Positions 50,873-62,789 are shown, counted from the stretch's first letter. The stretch is DNA of 64,000 nucleotides from Nitrosopumilaceae archaeon (GCA_965214835.1 CBDCCK010000002.1:1920001-1984000); one strand, 5' to 3'. Translations and numbers: made by a program. The notes: generated by a model not told the origin, from the sequence alone.

Positions 50873-53548
50873 TTGAAGATTATAGCATACCTGTGCGTGT
50901 ACAACGAGGAGGACATACTGGAGGAGAACGTTCTTTACCACACCGCGCAGCAGGGGGTGGACATAGTCGTAATAGACAACGGATCAACTGACGCAACTGC
51001 CGATATAATCAAAAGGCTGGCAGGAGAGAACAGGATCCTAGATCATGTCAGGTACACAACAGAAAGATTTTCACTACAGCAGCTGACTAGGGCCGGGTTT
51101 GAGCTGGCCAGAAAGCACAATCCGGACTGGATAATACACCTGGATGCCAGCACGTTTCTTGAGAGCGGTTCCGGATCGGATGTGCCGCTAAGCGAGCAGA
51201 TACGGAAGGCCGACGAGGCAGGATACAACGTCATCAGCCTGGCATCATACGACTTTTACCCGACTGAGAGGGACGATCCGGACGAGTCCAGCGTATTCAA
51301 GCGGATGAAGTTCTATGCCAACACAATATACACAAACAGACTACAGGAGAAGATATTCAAGAACCTTGACGGACTGCTGACCCACAATGGACACAAGATC
51401 ATATTTCCCAAATCCGCCGAAAAGAAGATATCTGACAAAAAGGCAGTCATGCGGCATTACATATTCCGGTCTGCGCCCCACGGCGTAAGAAAGATCCTTG
51501 AGAGAAAGAACCGGTGGGATGCCGCCGAGCGTGCAGACAACCACCACACCCACTATGACGGCTTTCTTGGATTTGAGGAGGAAATCCCGGTTCCATCTAG
51601 GCTCCTTGCGTTCAAAGACGAAGAGGGCGGATGGGACAACTCGATAACATACAAAGAACCGCCCCCCCTTCCAACCGAAAAGTATGATATCAACAGGTCA
51701 CATAGGTTTGACAGACTGCCATTCCGACATTCTGACTGCTGTTTCATTGTGGGATGTCCGGGTTCGGGAACCTCACTGCTAGGACATATTCTTGAGGGCA
51801 ATGGCAGTGTCATCTGCTACGGCGAGCCGGCATGCTACGACTATCTGTCAGATGCGGCCCTGCCTGAGGAGGCCAACAAACAAAAGACTGAAAATGGCGT
51901 CCTGGCCTTCGAGTCTGCCGGTATTACAGAATACCTTGACAGTCCAGACCGGGCTACAGAATATTCCAGAGGCCGCAGGTTTCCTCCCGCGTTTACATAT
52001 GACGGCCAGCCGGTTTTATTCCTGGTCAGGGATCCAAGGGACGTATATCTGTACTTGACGGGGCTCAAATCGGATCCCTTACAGCGTGACGCGGCAGAAG
52101 CATGGGAGAAATACATAGATGACCTGGCAGCCGAGGCGAAGGCAAGGGGCGCCGATCCCGGAGGCGGACATCTCGGAAACCTATCTGCATTGAAAAACGC
52201 CGGCAAGCTCTCGCTTGCCGCAAAGGCCGCACTGTATTGGAAGATAAAGACAGAGTCATTCTTCAGATATGACGAGCTGGGCTACAACCTGCATCTTGTC
52301 CTGTACGAGGATCTGTGCGTGTCGCCCGAGAAAAACCTCGAGGATATTTGCAACTTTCTAAAAATCCCGTTTGATTCGCAGATGCTAGAACATGACTCCA
52401 TCAAGCGTGATGTTGGCAAGGGCGGGGTTGCAGATGACGCCCATGTGCGGCTCATAATGGATCCGGGAGACGCCATAAAATACAGGGGAAATGTTCCCAT
52501 AGAGGAACAAAGGACAATCCTCTCGATTGCCGGCCCGACATACAAGAAGATACAGCACAAATGGATCCAGCAGCTTGGAAAGCCGGACAAGCAGGCCGAT
52601 GCGTTGGAGGCAGCCAAGTCCTATCTTGCTGCCAGAGACGAGAGAATACAGGAACTGCAGGAGGATCTTGACGAGAAGAGCGTCTGGGCGCTGCGCCTTG
52701 ACGAGGAGGCGGAGATCAAAGATAAGAAGATACGGGAACTTCAAAAGGAGTTGGACGAGAAGAGCGTCTGGGCGCTGCGCCTTGACGAGGAGGCGGAGAT
52801 CAAAGATAAGAAGATACGGGAACTTCAAAAGGAGTTGGACGAGAAGAACGTCTGGGCGCTGCGCCTTGACGAGGAGGCGGAGATCAAAGATAAGAAGATA
52901 CGGGAACTTCAAAAGGAGTTGGACGAGAAGAGCGTCTGGGCGCTGCGCCTTGACGAGGAGGCGGAGATCAAAGATAAGAAGATACGGGAACTTCAAAAGG
53001 AGTTGGACGAGAAGAGCGTCTGGGCGCTGCGCCTTGACGAGGAGGCGGAGATCAAAGATAAGAAGATACGGGAACTTCAAAAGGAGTTGGACGAGAAGAG
53101 CGTCTGGGCGCTGCGCCTTGACGAGGAGGCGGAGATCAAAGATAAGAAGCTGGGTGACCTTCAGAGGGAGTTAGACTCTACCAAAAAGACCATAGAGAAC
53201 AAAGAGTCAGAGATGGCAGATCTGCTACAGAAGATGCATGTGCAGAACGACGAATTTGAGGAGATCAGGCAGTCAGTCCTGTTCAAAACTGCATCAGGTC
53301 TTGCCAGAAAACTGGACAAGTTGTTCCCGCAGAATAGCAAAAGGGGCGAGATGTTCAGATTGTCCAAGGCATTGTTTGACATAGTCCAAAACGACGGATA
53401 TGGGGCCCTTCTGAGAGCCTTTAGGGAGAAATGGCGCAGCAGATCCGAATCCCCTCCCCCCGAAGACACCAGCATCAGTTATGAAAAGACCAGGCAGCAT
53501 CCTGATGACGCGTCTGCTGCCGACTCTGCAGAGCAGGCAGAGCAGTAG
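50873..53548 (+). CDS. GT2-sulfotransferase-coiled-coil fusion, 35 aa shorter than copy 1
   Basis: 6 x 84-bp units (first at 52670) and no extra heptad; ORF open from 50810. Confidence 0.85.
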   Translation: MKIIAYLCVYNEEDILEENVLYHTAQQGVDIVVIDNGSTDATADIIKRLAGENRILDHVRYTTERFSLQQLTRAGFELARKHNPDWIIHLDASTFLESGSGSDVPLSEQIRKADEAGYNVISLASYDFYPTERDDPDESSVFKRMKFYANTIYTNRLQEKIFKNLDGLLTHNGHKIIFPKSAEKKISDKKAVMRHYIFRSAPHGVRKILERKNRWDAAERADNHHTHYDGFLGFEEEIPVPSRLLAFKDEEGGWDNSITYKEPPPLPTEKYDINRSHRFDRLPFRHSDCCFIVGCPGSGTSLLGHILEGNGSVICYGEPACYDYLSDAALPEEANKQKTENGVLAFESAGITEYLDSPDRATEYSRGRRFPPAFTYDGQPVLFLVRDPRDVYLYLTGLKSDPLQRDAAEAWEKYIDDLAAEAKARGADPGGGHLGNLSALKNAGKLSLAAKAALYWKIKTESFFRYDELGYNLHLVLYEDLCVSPEKNLEDICNFLKIPFDSQMLEHDSIKRDVGKGGVADDAHVRLIMDPGDAIKYRGNVPIEEQRTILSIAGPTYKKIQHKWIQQLGKPDKQADALEAAKSYLAARDERIQELQEDLDEKSVWALRLDEEAEIKDKKIRELQKELDEKSVWALRLDEEAEIKDKKIRELQKELDEKNVWALRLDEEAEIKDKKIRELQKELDEKSVWALRLDEEAEIKDKKIRELQKELDEKSVWALRLDEEAEIKDKKIRELQKELDEKSVWALRLDEEAEIKDKKLGDLQRELDSTKKTIENKESEMADLLQKMHVQNDEFEEIRQSVLFKTASGLARKLDKLFPQNSKRGEMFRLSKALFDIVQNDGYGALLRAFREKWRSRSESPPPEDTSISYEKTRQHPDDASAADSAEQAEQ

Positions 53549-54575
53549 CAGGCGTCGATCAGGGGGCAGCATCCTGATGACGCGTCTGCTGCCGACTCTG
53601 CAGAGCAGCAACAGCGCACCGCCGCCCTGGCCGAAAAAGTCAGGCGGTATTCGGAGACTGCCAGACTTGACGACCCCGGGCTGAGCTCAAGAATAATCTG
53701 CAACGAGCGCCTCGTCGAGCCTGATGAAGATCTTAGAAAACACATGCAGATCGGATCGGCGGAAATCCTCACACTTCCAAGAAATCCGAAGGTCAGCATA
53801 ATCATTCTTACCCTCAACCAAACCGATTATCTCAGAAAGAACCTAGAGTCAATAGAGTCAAAGACGACATACAAAAACTATGAGATCATTATTGTCACAA
53901 ACAACAGAGGTACCAGCTCGGGCTCTGGAAGTTCAGGCATGAGTTTTGCTACCTCGGAGAGGCCTCCCGTAGATTCGTACCTGAAATCAGGAGCAGCTTC
54001 CAGAGCCCGACCTGTTACGAATATTGTGAGAAAAGGATTCATGACAGAATAGGGCAAAAAAATTGGAAGATGGGTTTTACTGCAAATATTTGTCACGAGG
54101 ATCCAAGAGACGTTCCCATGCTTCAGGTTGCGGATTACATAGCAAGTGCAACCCAGGGATTCATTGTTCACGGCGATGCGACGTTTTACAACGCGTACAG
54201 TAACAAATTGAGCTATCGTGAAAAATTGGACAGCAACGATAAGATAAGATGGTGACTCTCGACCTACTTCTTCCAGCCTGTCCGAACAGACGTCATCGTT
54301 TCGGTCAAGATCCTATTGATTGTTCAATAGACTTTACCCACCTGTTTGATATTCTCATGTCTGATATTAAAAGTATAAGCATGAGCAGTCTTGCACAGCC
54401 CTGATTTCAGGCTGTAGTATACGAAAAGTCGGTCCGCTAGTCATCTGCGTCCCTCTCCATCCATTTTGGATCCTTCCTCCTGATCGCATCCGTGGCCTCC
54501 TTGCTCCCAAACGCCTGAAGCGACGTCTCACAGCTGGTAATGTCAAGCGAAAAGTGGGGACCTTCTCTCGTTGTA

Positions 54576-55668
54576 TAGCAACGGTCACAAGTAATTGAGG
54601 GTCTTGAGCGGCGATCTGTAAATGTACTTGTACATGCAAAGGTGGGCAAACGACACCGTCCTGTACTCAGATATGGCGTGCCGCAGCTTGCCGACCTTTC
54701 TGTACACTATCCCCCTGAAAACGACAGGCTTGCCCAGGTTCCAGCATTCTTCCACGACATTGAGGTGTGGCGATCCCCCCGGGGATCATCATCAGCATGA
54801 TGGCCCGCCGGTATTCTGCGACGGCAGCAGATCTGTGCACGTTCCACCTGTCGCAAAAGACGGCAACCCTGCCAGACTTCGCGCAGCGCCTCCAGACATT
54901 GTATGAACTGCACCGACGTAAACGATCCCGCAAGCGTCCTGAACAGCTTCCTGCCGTCTTCTGCGATGCTTCTAAACACGGCCACCCCTGTGCGGTTCCC
55001 CGAATACGATGCCACGCCTCTGGTGCCGACCGGACCCAATACGTATCTGTCGTATGCGCCCTGCACGAACACCTCATCAGATGAAACCAACGCAAGACCT
55101 CCGTTTTTCAGGCACGGAATACGCACGTTTTCAAGATGCCACTGCCATGCGTATACCGAGCTTGGGGCGGCATGGTTGACATGTACGTTTTGCACCTTGC
55201 GGCGCGACAGGCCGTACTGGCGCATCAGTCTTCGGACATGTCCTGTGTCGTATTCTGTCCCGGTGGCATCCCTTATGTCATCACGCACCGTCATGACGTC
55301 GGTACTGTTGTATTCAATGGACAAGTCCATTATGGCGGCAATCTTTTTTCTGTCCACCCTTGGCCTGCATCCGGAACGGGGAAGATCCCGGAGGCCGTCT
55401 ATGCCTTCCTCCGAGAACTTCGCCTGCCGGTTGCGCACGGAGTTCTCACTGCACCGGATCCCCTTCTTGCAGCCTCGGGCACGCCCATATCGTCCTCTGG
55501 CACAAACATCAACGCCATGATCCTTTTGTAGACTTTGGCATCCTTTTCTTTGCGCATGGCCTCTGACAGGCCGTCCGTTTCTTTTGCCATGCCCACTATG
55601 CCGGTTACGCGATCATCATACCTTTCGAATGAACCCTGTTTTGGCTCAAAGACTTCTGCTCATTGCTA
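54576..55668 (-). mobile_element. Degenerate IS630-family copy
   Basis: Same TIR family as 8924-11387; several frameshifts; lacks the nested IS3 and MITE. Confidence 0.9.
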
Positions 55669-55718
55669 TACTTATTCGGGTGGTCGTAGGCGGTGCTACG
55701 GATCGGGTGATGGCGTGA

Positions 55719-55990
55719 TTTAGAAGCCATCTTCATCAGGCCCTCGATCCTGTTGATGCCCGGCTCTATCCTTATGCCCGCCTGCTCGGCCGGGGTTCTC
55801 TTAAGGGACGAGTGCTCCCTTACAAAGTTATAGTGAATCCTCATGGCATCTATGATCTTCTGCGATGACTCCCTGGTATTCATCCCGCGCATAACCTTCT
55901 CCCTGTCCCTCATGGTTCCATTGAGGCGCTCCACGCGGGAATTCAATCCCTCTGCCTTACGGAAACACTTCGAATGTTTTTTACGTAACA
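55719..55990 (-). mobile_element. IS6-like DDE transposase C-terminal remnant
   Basis: NSRVERLNGTMRDREKVMRG...HYNFVREHSSLKRTPAEQAG. Confidence 0.7.
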
Positions 55991-55996
55991 GCTCGC

Positions 55997-56076
55997 ATTT
56001 TGTTGATGTTTTGAGCTGCTTTATACAAACTCGTCCACAAATAATCATAGCTTGCTAATTTCGAATCAACTCTCAG
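55997..56076 (-). repeat. Repeat family A, partial (another partial at 58516-58543)
   Basis: Matches the right half of 44485-44766. Confidence 0.8.
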
Positions 56077-56092
56077 GGCGCCCTGTTCCTTC

Positions 56093-56127
56093 CAAACCGT
56101 TATTTGGATGACGGGCAAGGATAGTCC
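56093..56127 (+). promoter_or_regulatory. Putative archaeal TATA box, leaderless transcript
   Basis: gttatttggatgacggg conserved about 28 bp upstream of the ATG in both GT39 paralogs. Confidence 0.5.
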
Positions 56128-58462
56128 ATGCCTGGCCTCGGACGTGTCACACTTCATACGGGGCGCCTGTCTGGACACGGTCCACTCCTCCTGCTTGTGG
56201 CAATACTGGCGCTTTCTGCATATACGCACCTGTGGAACCCGGCAGGATTTCCGCCGTGGCACCACGATGAGGCAATCTACATAGACCAGGCCTTGGACGC
56301 CTTGGATCACAAGATACTGTCCGACAGGCACGACCACCCGTTTCTCGGATGGACAATCCTTGCGGGATTCATGTATGTCACGGGGTACCCTGACTCCTTT
56401 GTCACATCGGAGGAGGCGTCCTCGCTTGATATGCTTTACGGGGCCCCGCGCATCCTCATGGGCCTGCTTGCCGTCCTGGACACCTTTTTGGTATACAAGA
56501 TAGCCGAGAGGGGATTCGGGCGCAGGGCCGCACCGATTGCAGCTGTCATGTTTGCGGTAATGCCCGTATCGCTGACGCTCAGAATGGTCCTGCTGGACTC
56601 GATCCTCCTTCCGTTCGTTTTGTCCTCGATCCTGCTTGCCATGTATGCACGCGACCTGAACCCAAAGGGCGGCCTGTCCAAGGGGGGGGGTGGAGCCGCT
56701 GTCGCCGACTCTGGGCAGGACCCGTCTGCTGGTTGTCCTGTCGGGCATCTGCATGGGATGCGCCATACTGACCAAAATCCCCTCGCTTGTGATGATCCCG
56801 TTGGTTCTTGTTTTGGTCTGGTCGGCCGGCAGGAGGCCGGGGCATGTGCTGCTGTGGCTTGTCCTCGTAATCCTGACTGTAGCAGTATGGCCTGCGTCTG
56901 CGGCGCTGGAGGGCGAGTTCGATCAGTGGATGAGCGGCGTCTTGTGGCAGGCAGACAGAATCAATCAGGTTAGGCTGAACGCGTTGCAACATTACACACA
57001 GGTAGCCCTGGTGCAGGACCAGGATCCTGACATACTGACCCGCCCTGCTAGCCTGTTGGTGACTGTCATAGAGGTGTTCATGATGGATCCGATCCTGATG
57101 TCGCTGGGCACGGTGGGACTCGCCTTTGCTGCCGCTGTACGCAGTAGATTTGTGCTTCTGTGGGTCGTACCCGTCCTGCTGTTCTTCGGATCAGTCGGGT
57201 GGGTGAACTGGTTCCACCTGGGCATGCTGTGGACTGCGATGTGCATTGCCGCCGCCGCACTGATCGGCGGCGGAATCAAAAGGGCGTACGCGGGAGGGTG
57301 GGGCCCGAGGGGGCAGTACACGCTGCTGCTGGCGGCCGTACTTGTGGCCGCGGCACTCGGCCTGTCCACGTCGGCCGTGCTTGTGCACTGGGACGCGACG
57401 TCTGCGTATTCTGAAGCGGTGGCCTTTACAATGCAAAACCATGCAAATTCTGACGCGCAAATAATGATGCAGCTGGTCGACAAATCGTGGTTGTCAGGTA
57501 TCTACAATCTTACCGATTCTGGAGCGGTAGATGATAATTCCTTTTACAACAAACACCCGGAAAAAACCAGGAAGATCATAATGGTGGAATTTGCCAGCGA
57601 AATCAAAACGGCTCAGAGTCGGCATGGTGATATATATGGCCGTGGCAGCATGGTGGCCGAGTTTCAGAACCCGCCCAAACCGGACACGCCGATACCAGCA
57701 GTGGTTCGTGGATCTCACAGCATAGTAGGTGTGATGGAGTGGGATCCGCCCGGATGGACCTCCCTGTCCGCGTATGGCCCAGCTGGCCGGGCCCTCCACC
57801 TTGATGGGACCGCGTACGTCACGCTTGCCGATACGCCCGGCCTCGATCTTGGCGGGACCGATCCGTTCAGCCTAGCCTTTTGGATCAAGATGCCCGCCCC
57901 CGGAGAATCTGACTTGCCGATCGTCTCAAAGGCCGAAGATATTCGGCAGCAGGGCATCACCGTGTGGGGCAACTCCGGCGGCGGGATCTCGCTCCGGATG
58001 ACAGACGATGTGCAAGGTCAGATTACAGTCAATACGTTCTCCAGCATGGCAGACGGCAGCTGGCACCATGTCGTGTTTACCTATGACGGCTCCAGACGCA
58101 GTGATGGGCTTGACGTGTACGTGGACGGACAGATCGACAACCTGCGCCGGGCCGTTACGTCGCTGGCCGGATCCGTCGCAAACGATCACCTGCTTGCGAT
58201 AGGTGCCGGCAGCACCGGCAAGGAGCCTGCGCAGGATACTGCACTGGATGATATCATGATATACTCGGCACGGCTGCCTGCAGACTACATATCAGACGTG
58301 CACGAGTGCCATGTGGCAGCGGCTACCGTGCTGACCACCAGCGTTCATGCGTGTATGGGAGACTATGACGGGGCGCTCCTGGCGCACCTGGAGTTTGAGG
58401 GCGACCTGACGGACTCCTCGGGCGGCGGCGGCACGGCGCACGGAGACGTCAAGTATACATAG
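56128..58462 (+). pseudogene. GT39-LamG paralog frameshifted at G9 (56682-56690)
   Basis: Two ORFs each align to 44813-47320; G8 would restore a 777-aa frame. Confidence 0.85.
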
Positions 58463-58921
58463 CCAGACAACAACTCGGGCCCGAAGCTGCTCCTGATTTT
58501 AGGCACAAGCCTGCCCAGAGAGGTGATCCGAAATTAGAAACCGAGCGCCCCGCCCGTGGCCGTCCTGTTGTCGGCCCTCAGGCCGCAGCAGCGGCGATTC
58601 TGGCCAGCGCCCTCTCGTTGACCAGGCCGCACACGATGTGGTGGGGATCCCGCTAGAATAGGAACGCTTGGATCAAAGTTCTGTTACGCATTCGGCTGAT
58701 TCCGCAGGGCGTTACAGATCGGCTGATTTCGGGGCGGATATTGAAAATCTGTAAGATGTGATATTTTGAAGAAATCGGGCTGTTTTTTGAAATTTTTTGT
58801 TGTATGGCAAGCGGTGGTCGTACGCACAATATGACTACACGCTTTCAAAGACCGCCTTTTGGGACTTTGCTCGCTTGTGGAGTAATTTCGGGTTCCAGAC
58901 ACGACCTGCATCAAAAACATC

Positions 58922-60732
58922 GTATGAGGTCACCTACCCCTCACAATAGGGTAAACATTACTGACTGTGCCTGATCCTTATACTATGATCGCGTAGGTAT
59001 GAGGTCACCTACCCCTCACAATAGGGTAAACATTACTGACTGTGCCTGATCCTTATACTATGATCGCGTAGACTAGGCATTATGAAAGGTCAACTCCTCA
59101 CATGCTGCAAGATCGAGGCATCTACAACATCGCCCACGGAGACGCTAAGGAATCTAAAAAAGGACCTCAAGGAGCGTGACAATATCATTGAGGAGCAGGG
59201 CAGAACCATCAAGGAGCAGGGCAGAACCATTGAAAAGCTAAACAAGACCATCAAGGAGCAGGGCAACAGGCTCCGATACTACGAGAACGAGAACTCGCCC
59301 CCGTCGGCGGACTCGCTGGCGTGCAAGGAGCAAAAGGCGCAGAGGAGAAAGGAGAGGGCCAGGTCCGATGCTGCAGCCGGGGAGGACGGCGCCAAGGACA
59401 GGAAAAAGCCCGGTGGCCAGAAGGGCCACAAGGGCGTATCACACATCCACCGGCCCACCAGGGTGCAAAGGCACGACTTTCCGGGTGGACGGGCGCCGGA
59501 GTGCAAGTGCGGCACCACCACGGAGATCGCAAAAAGACCGCAGGTGCGCGACATGATAGGATTCAAGATAAAGACGACTGAGACGCGCCACGAGATACAG
59601 AGGGCAGTATGCCCGAAATGCGGCACGTACCATACTGCCCCCAACGACCTGCCCAGATGCGGCAACTACGACACGAGTATAGTCACAGCCGCCACCAAGC
59701 TGCGCAGCGAGGGCCATCCCATACAACAGGATCCCGGGTATAATGTCAGATATCCTGGGCGTGCACATGTCAAAATCAACTGGTATGTGGTCACGTCCCC
59801 TTGCTAGCTAGGCACGAGGATCACAATCATTCATGCTAATTCATGCCTAACTGATGATAGTAGGTGACCTCATACATCAACTGTAATCAACAGCATAGGA
59901 CGCGTCTGCGACGCCGCAAAGGCGCCTGCCGAGGCCATCGCAGAGGAGGTAAAAAGCTCAAAGACCGTCTGTATAGACGAGACGGGGATCAACCTGGCAG
60001 GCAGGCTGGGATGGGTGTGGACCATACTGTCGGCAGCGGGCATATTCATGATATACAGCAATACAAGGGCGGCCTGGGTTCTGGACCAGTACATGAGCGG
60101 GTACGAGGGCGTCGTCACATCCGACGGATATCCTGCATACAAGAGGTTCGATCCGGGTGGAAGGCACCAGAGGTGCTGGGCGCACGAGCTGCGAGCCCTC
60201 CTGTATGGCTGGCAGAAAAAGGGTGCCCTGCTGTTTGCAGGAGTCCTGTACCGGCAGATGCAGCAGCTGTTCAAGGATGCCAAGGAGTGTCTTGAGGGCT
60301 GGGACAAGCTGTCAAAAGAGGATCTCCGGCAGCTTGAGGAGAGGACGGGGATAAGAGCGGCCGACGGGCTGATGGGCAGGCACTCGCCGGAGCTGCGCCG
60401 GCGGTTTGAGACCATGATGCGCAACATCCTGTTCGGATACAGGGATACGCAGGACGAATCGCTGAAATCCCTTGTCAAGAGGATGTACAATGCCCTGCCG
60501 GGCCTGTTTACGTTCCTAGAGTACGAGGGCGTAGAGCCCACCAACAATAACGCAGAGCGGGCGCTGCGCCCCGTCGTACTGCAGGACAAGATAAGCGGTC
60601 AGATCAAGGGCGACCTGGTCTGGATGAACAGATACGGATGGTTCAACACATGCACGTCGACGTGGAAGCTGCAGGGCAAGTCCATTGTGGCTGAGGTAGC
60701 CAAAATAATCTAGGGGGTAGGTGACCTCATAC
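58922..60732 (+). mobile_element. IS66-family element, transposase (59082-60713) frameshifted and MITE-interrupted
   Basis: TIR gtatgaggtcacctacccc; NSPPSAD, KPGGQKGHKG, IDET, SDGYPAY, QRCWAH, TNNNAERALR; left 75 bp tandemly duplicated. Confidence 0.9.
59783..59875. mobile_element. 93-bp IS66-derived MITE
   Basis: 8-bp TSD atcaactg; same length and end motifs as 10972-11064. Confidence 0.95.
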
Positions 60733-60838
60733 AAGTGAAAAGTACCATGAAATCGAGCAAAAACAGAAACTGGGCAGGAGGCACGGCGCCTCAATAGCAA
60801 GGCAAAACAACAAATCCCGTTTACATTTCACTTAGCTG
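60733..60838. mobile_element. ISH3-derived MITE remnant
   Basis: aagtgaaaagtacc...tttcacttagctg matches the ISH3 TIR at 37572; left tip missing where IS66 abuts. Confidence 0.65.
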
Positions 60839-60882
60839 TGTATTGCGGATCATTTTTAACCATACAACCCAACAGTACGTTG

Positions 60883-62232
60883 ATGAATTTGTATGGACTG
60901 AACAAAGTACCCCAACGGCACCAGGACGATAAAATCATCCAAATAATGGACTCGGTTCACAACTTTATAGACATAGCCGAATATCCGGTAACACAGCAGC
61001 TAATTGACACTCCGTACTTTCAGAGACTGAGGCGGTTGCATCAGCTTGGCCTTGCATCAACCGTTTATCCAAACGCAACGCATTCCAGATTTGCGCACAG
61101 CATAGGCGTAATGCATGTTTTTCTTGTACTGTTTGATTCAATTGCCAAAAGATCATCCATGAGCAAGAACCGAATCGAAAGGCTCAGGCCAGTTGGTGCA
61201 GTTGCTGCCCTACTTCATGATATCGGACACGGTCCCTTCTCACACGCATCAGAAAAGTTCCTCAACAGTGGAAAATTCAACCACGAAGACATGACGCAGA
61301 GAATCATTCGCAAAACAGAGGTTGGGGACATACTGAATGAAAACAAGATCTCGCCACAGCTCATCTGCGATATCCTAAGGCATGCAGTCTCCGGAGATCT
61401 GCTGTTTGTATCGCAGCTGATAAGCAGCCAGCTAGATGCTGACCGGCTTGACTATCTCATGAGAGACGCCCTGTTCACAGGAGTTCCATATGGAAAAATC
61501 GACATACATAGAATTGCAAACACGCTGTCAATATGGAACAAGAAAACACCCAAAGAATCACTGAAAGGCACGGTAGTCGTTTCTCACAAAGGAATAGGGG
61601 CAGTAGAGGATTACCTTCTGGGAAGATATCACATGTACAGGGAAGTGTACTATCACAAAACCATCCGCTGCATGGAAAACATTCTAGCCAACATATTCAG
61701 GCGGGCATCAGAGCTGCCCAAAAAATACAGCAAAACAGTCGACATTACAAAAAATGTCACTCCGGACATGATGCTTCGTCTAGACGATTACACGTGCTAT
61801 TCTGCGATTCATGAATGGTCCGTGTCCCCAGATAAAATCCTAAAAGACATGTCTGCACGCCTGATTAACAGATGGCTGCTAAAGGTACGCCAGATCAGTC
61901 AGAATGACATGATCCGAGTTGGATTAAACCCCATGAGCGACATCAAAAAGGAGTTCGAGAGGAAAAAACTCGATTTTGGTTATTATTTTATTCAAGATGC
62001 AGAAAAGATGTCCGGGTATGAACCGTACACGGCCACAGAACAAGACGATGGACAGACTGCGATTAACCACATCATGGTAGTCACCGAGCATGGGAATCTC
62101 AAGGAAATATCCCGGATTTCTCCGATAGTCGAGGCCATCAGCAAATATGACAGAAATCCGATCAGGATTTTTTATCCAAGGCAGATTTCACCCAAGGTCA
62201 GCAAGATGCTTGACCAACTAATTAAATACTAA
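60883..62232 (+). CDS. HD-domain phosphohydrolase (dNTPase, YwfO/SAMHD1-like)
   Basis: FQRLRRLHQLG, HSRFAHSIG, LHDIGHGPFSH, LDADRLDYLMRD, YREVYYHK. Confidence 0.9.
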   Translation: MNLYGLNKVPQRHQDDKIIQIMDSVHNFIDIAEYPVTQQLIDTPYFQRLRRLHQLGLASTVYPNATHSRFAHSIGVMHVFLVLFDSIAKRSSMSKNRIERLRPVGAVAALLHDIGHGPFSHASEKFLNSGKFNHEDMTQRIIRKTEVGDILNENKISPQLICDILRHAVSGDLLFVSQLISSQLDADRLDYLMRDALFTGVPYGKIDIHRIANTLSIWNKKTPKESLKGTVVVSHKGIGAVEDYLLGRYHMYREVYYHKTIRCMENILANIFRRASELPKKYSKTVDITKNVTPDMMLRLDDYTCYSAIHEWSVSPDKILKDMSARLINRWLLKVRQISQNDMIRVGLNPMSDIKKEFERKKLDFGYYFIQDAEKMSGYEPYTATEQDDGQTAINHIMVVTEHGNLKEISRISPIVEAISKYDRNPIRIFYPRQISPKVSKMLDQLIKY

Positions 62233-62258
62233 TAATGGGGCATGTTTGTGGGTATGAC

Positions 62259-62789
62259 ATGGCAATAACTGACGATGTTGGACTGCTTTGTTTGATTATA
62301 CACGGCGGCAGGGATCATCAGATTGCTGGAAGAACCAAACTGCAAAAGATAGCGTATTTTTGCCAGTACTTGGACTGGGATATCGGCGACTACCGACTCC
62401 ATTACTACGGACCCTTCTCCTTTGCACTTACAGACACCGCAAAGACGGCAGAATCTGCCGGACTGGTCGAGCAAAGCAGCAACACTCCGCATACTTTTAG
62501 CCTCACTAAAGAGGGGATCAAGTTTTTGGAAAAATTTGAAAAAGACGTATGTGATCATGCCAAGGTCAAAAGCACGCAAAACCTCGTGATGAGTCTGGCT
62601 GATTGGAGCAAGGAAGATCTTGAGCTTGCAGCGACCATTGACTTTGTAGAGAGAAACAGTCCGGACATTGAAAAAAATGACTTGTTGGACAAGGTGCACA
62701 AAATAAAGGGAAACTTTTCCACCGACAGTATCAAAAATGCGCACAGAAATTGGACAAGACTGAAAAGATCACTGCCAAAACCCGCATGA
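62259..62789 (+). CDS. YwgA-like winged-helix protein
   Basis: GRTKLQKIAYF...YRLHYYGPFS...LELAATI; ORF open from 62235. Confidence 0.7.
   Translation: MAITDDVGLLCLIIHGGRDHQIAGRTKLQKIAYFCQYLDWDIGDYRLHYYGPFSFALTDTAKTAESAGLVEQSSNTPHTFSLTKEGIKFLEKFEKDVCDHAKVKSTQNLVMSLADWSKEDLELAATIDFVERNSPDIEKNDLLDKVHKIKGNFSTDSIKNAHRNWTRLKRSLPKPA

Larger units (their letters stand above)
45552..54665 (+). repeat. Direct segmental duplication of 1-9013
   Basis: Offsets 45551, 45829, 45724 and 45652 are explained by two MITEs and repeat copy number; a few SNPs; left limit not determinable. Confidence 0.95.

Noticed and set aside
44813-58462. GT39 paralogs as a diversity-generating retroelement or invertible cassette
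   Set aside because: No reverse transcriptase or invertase; differences are spread throughout and are not adenine-specific.
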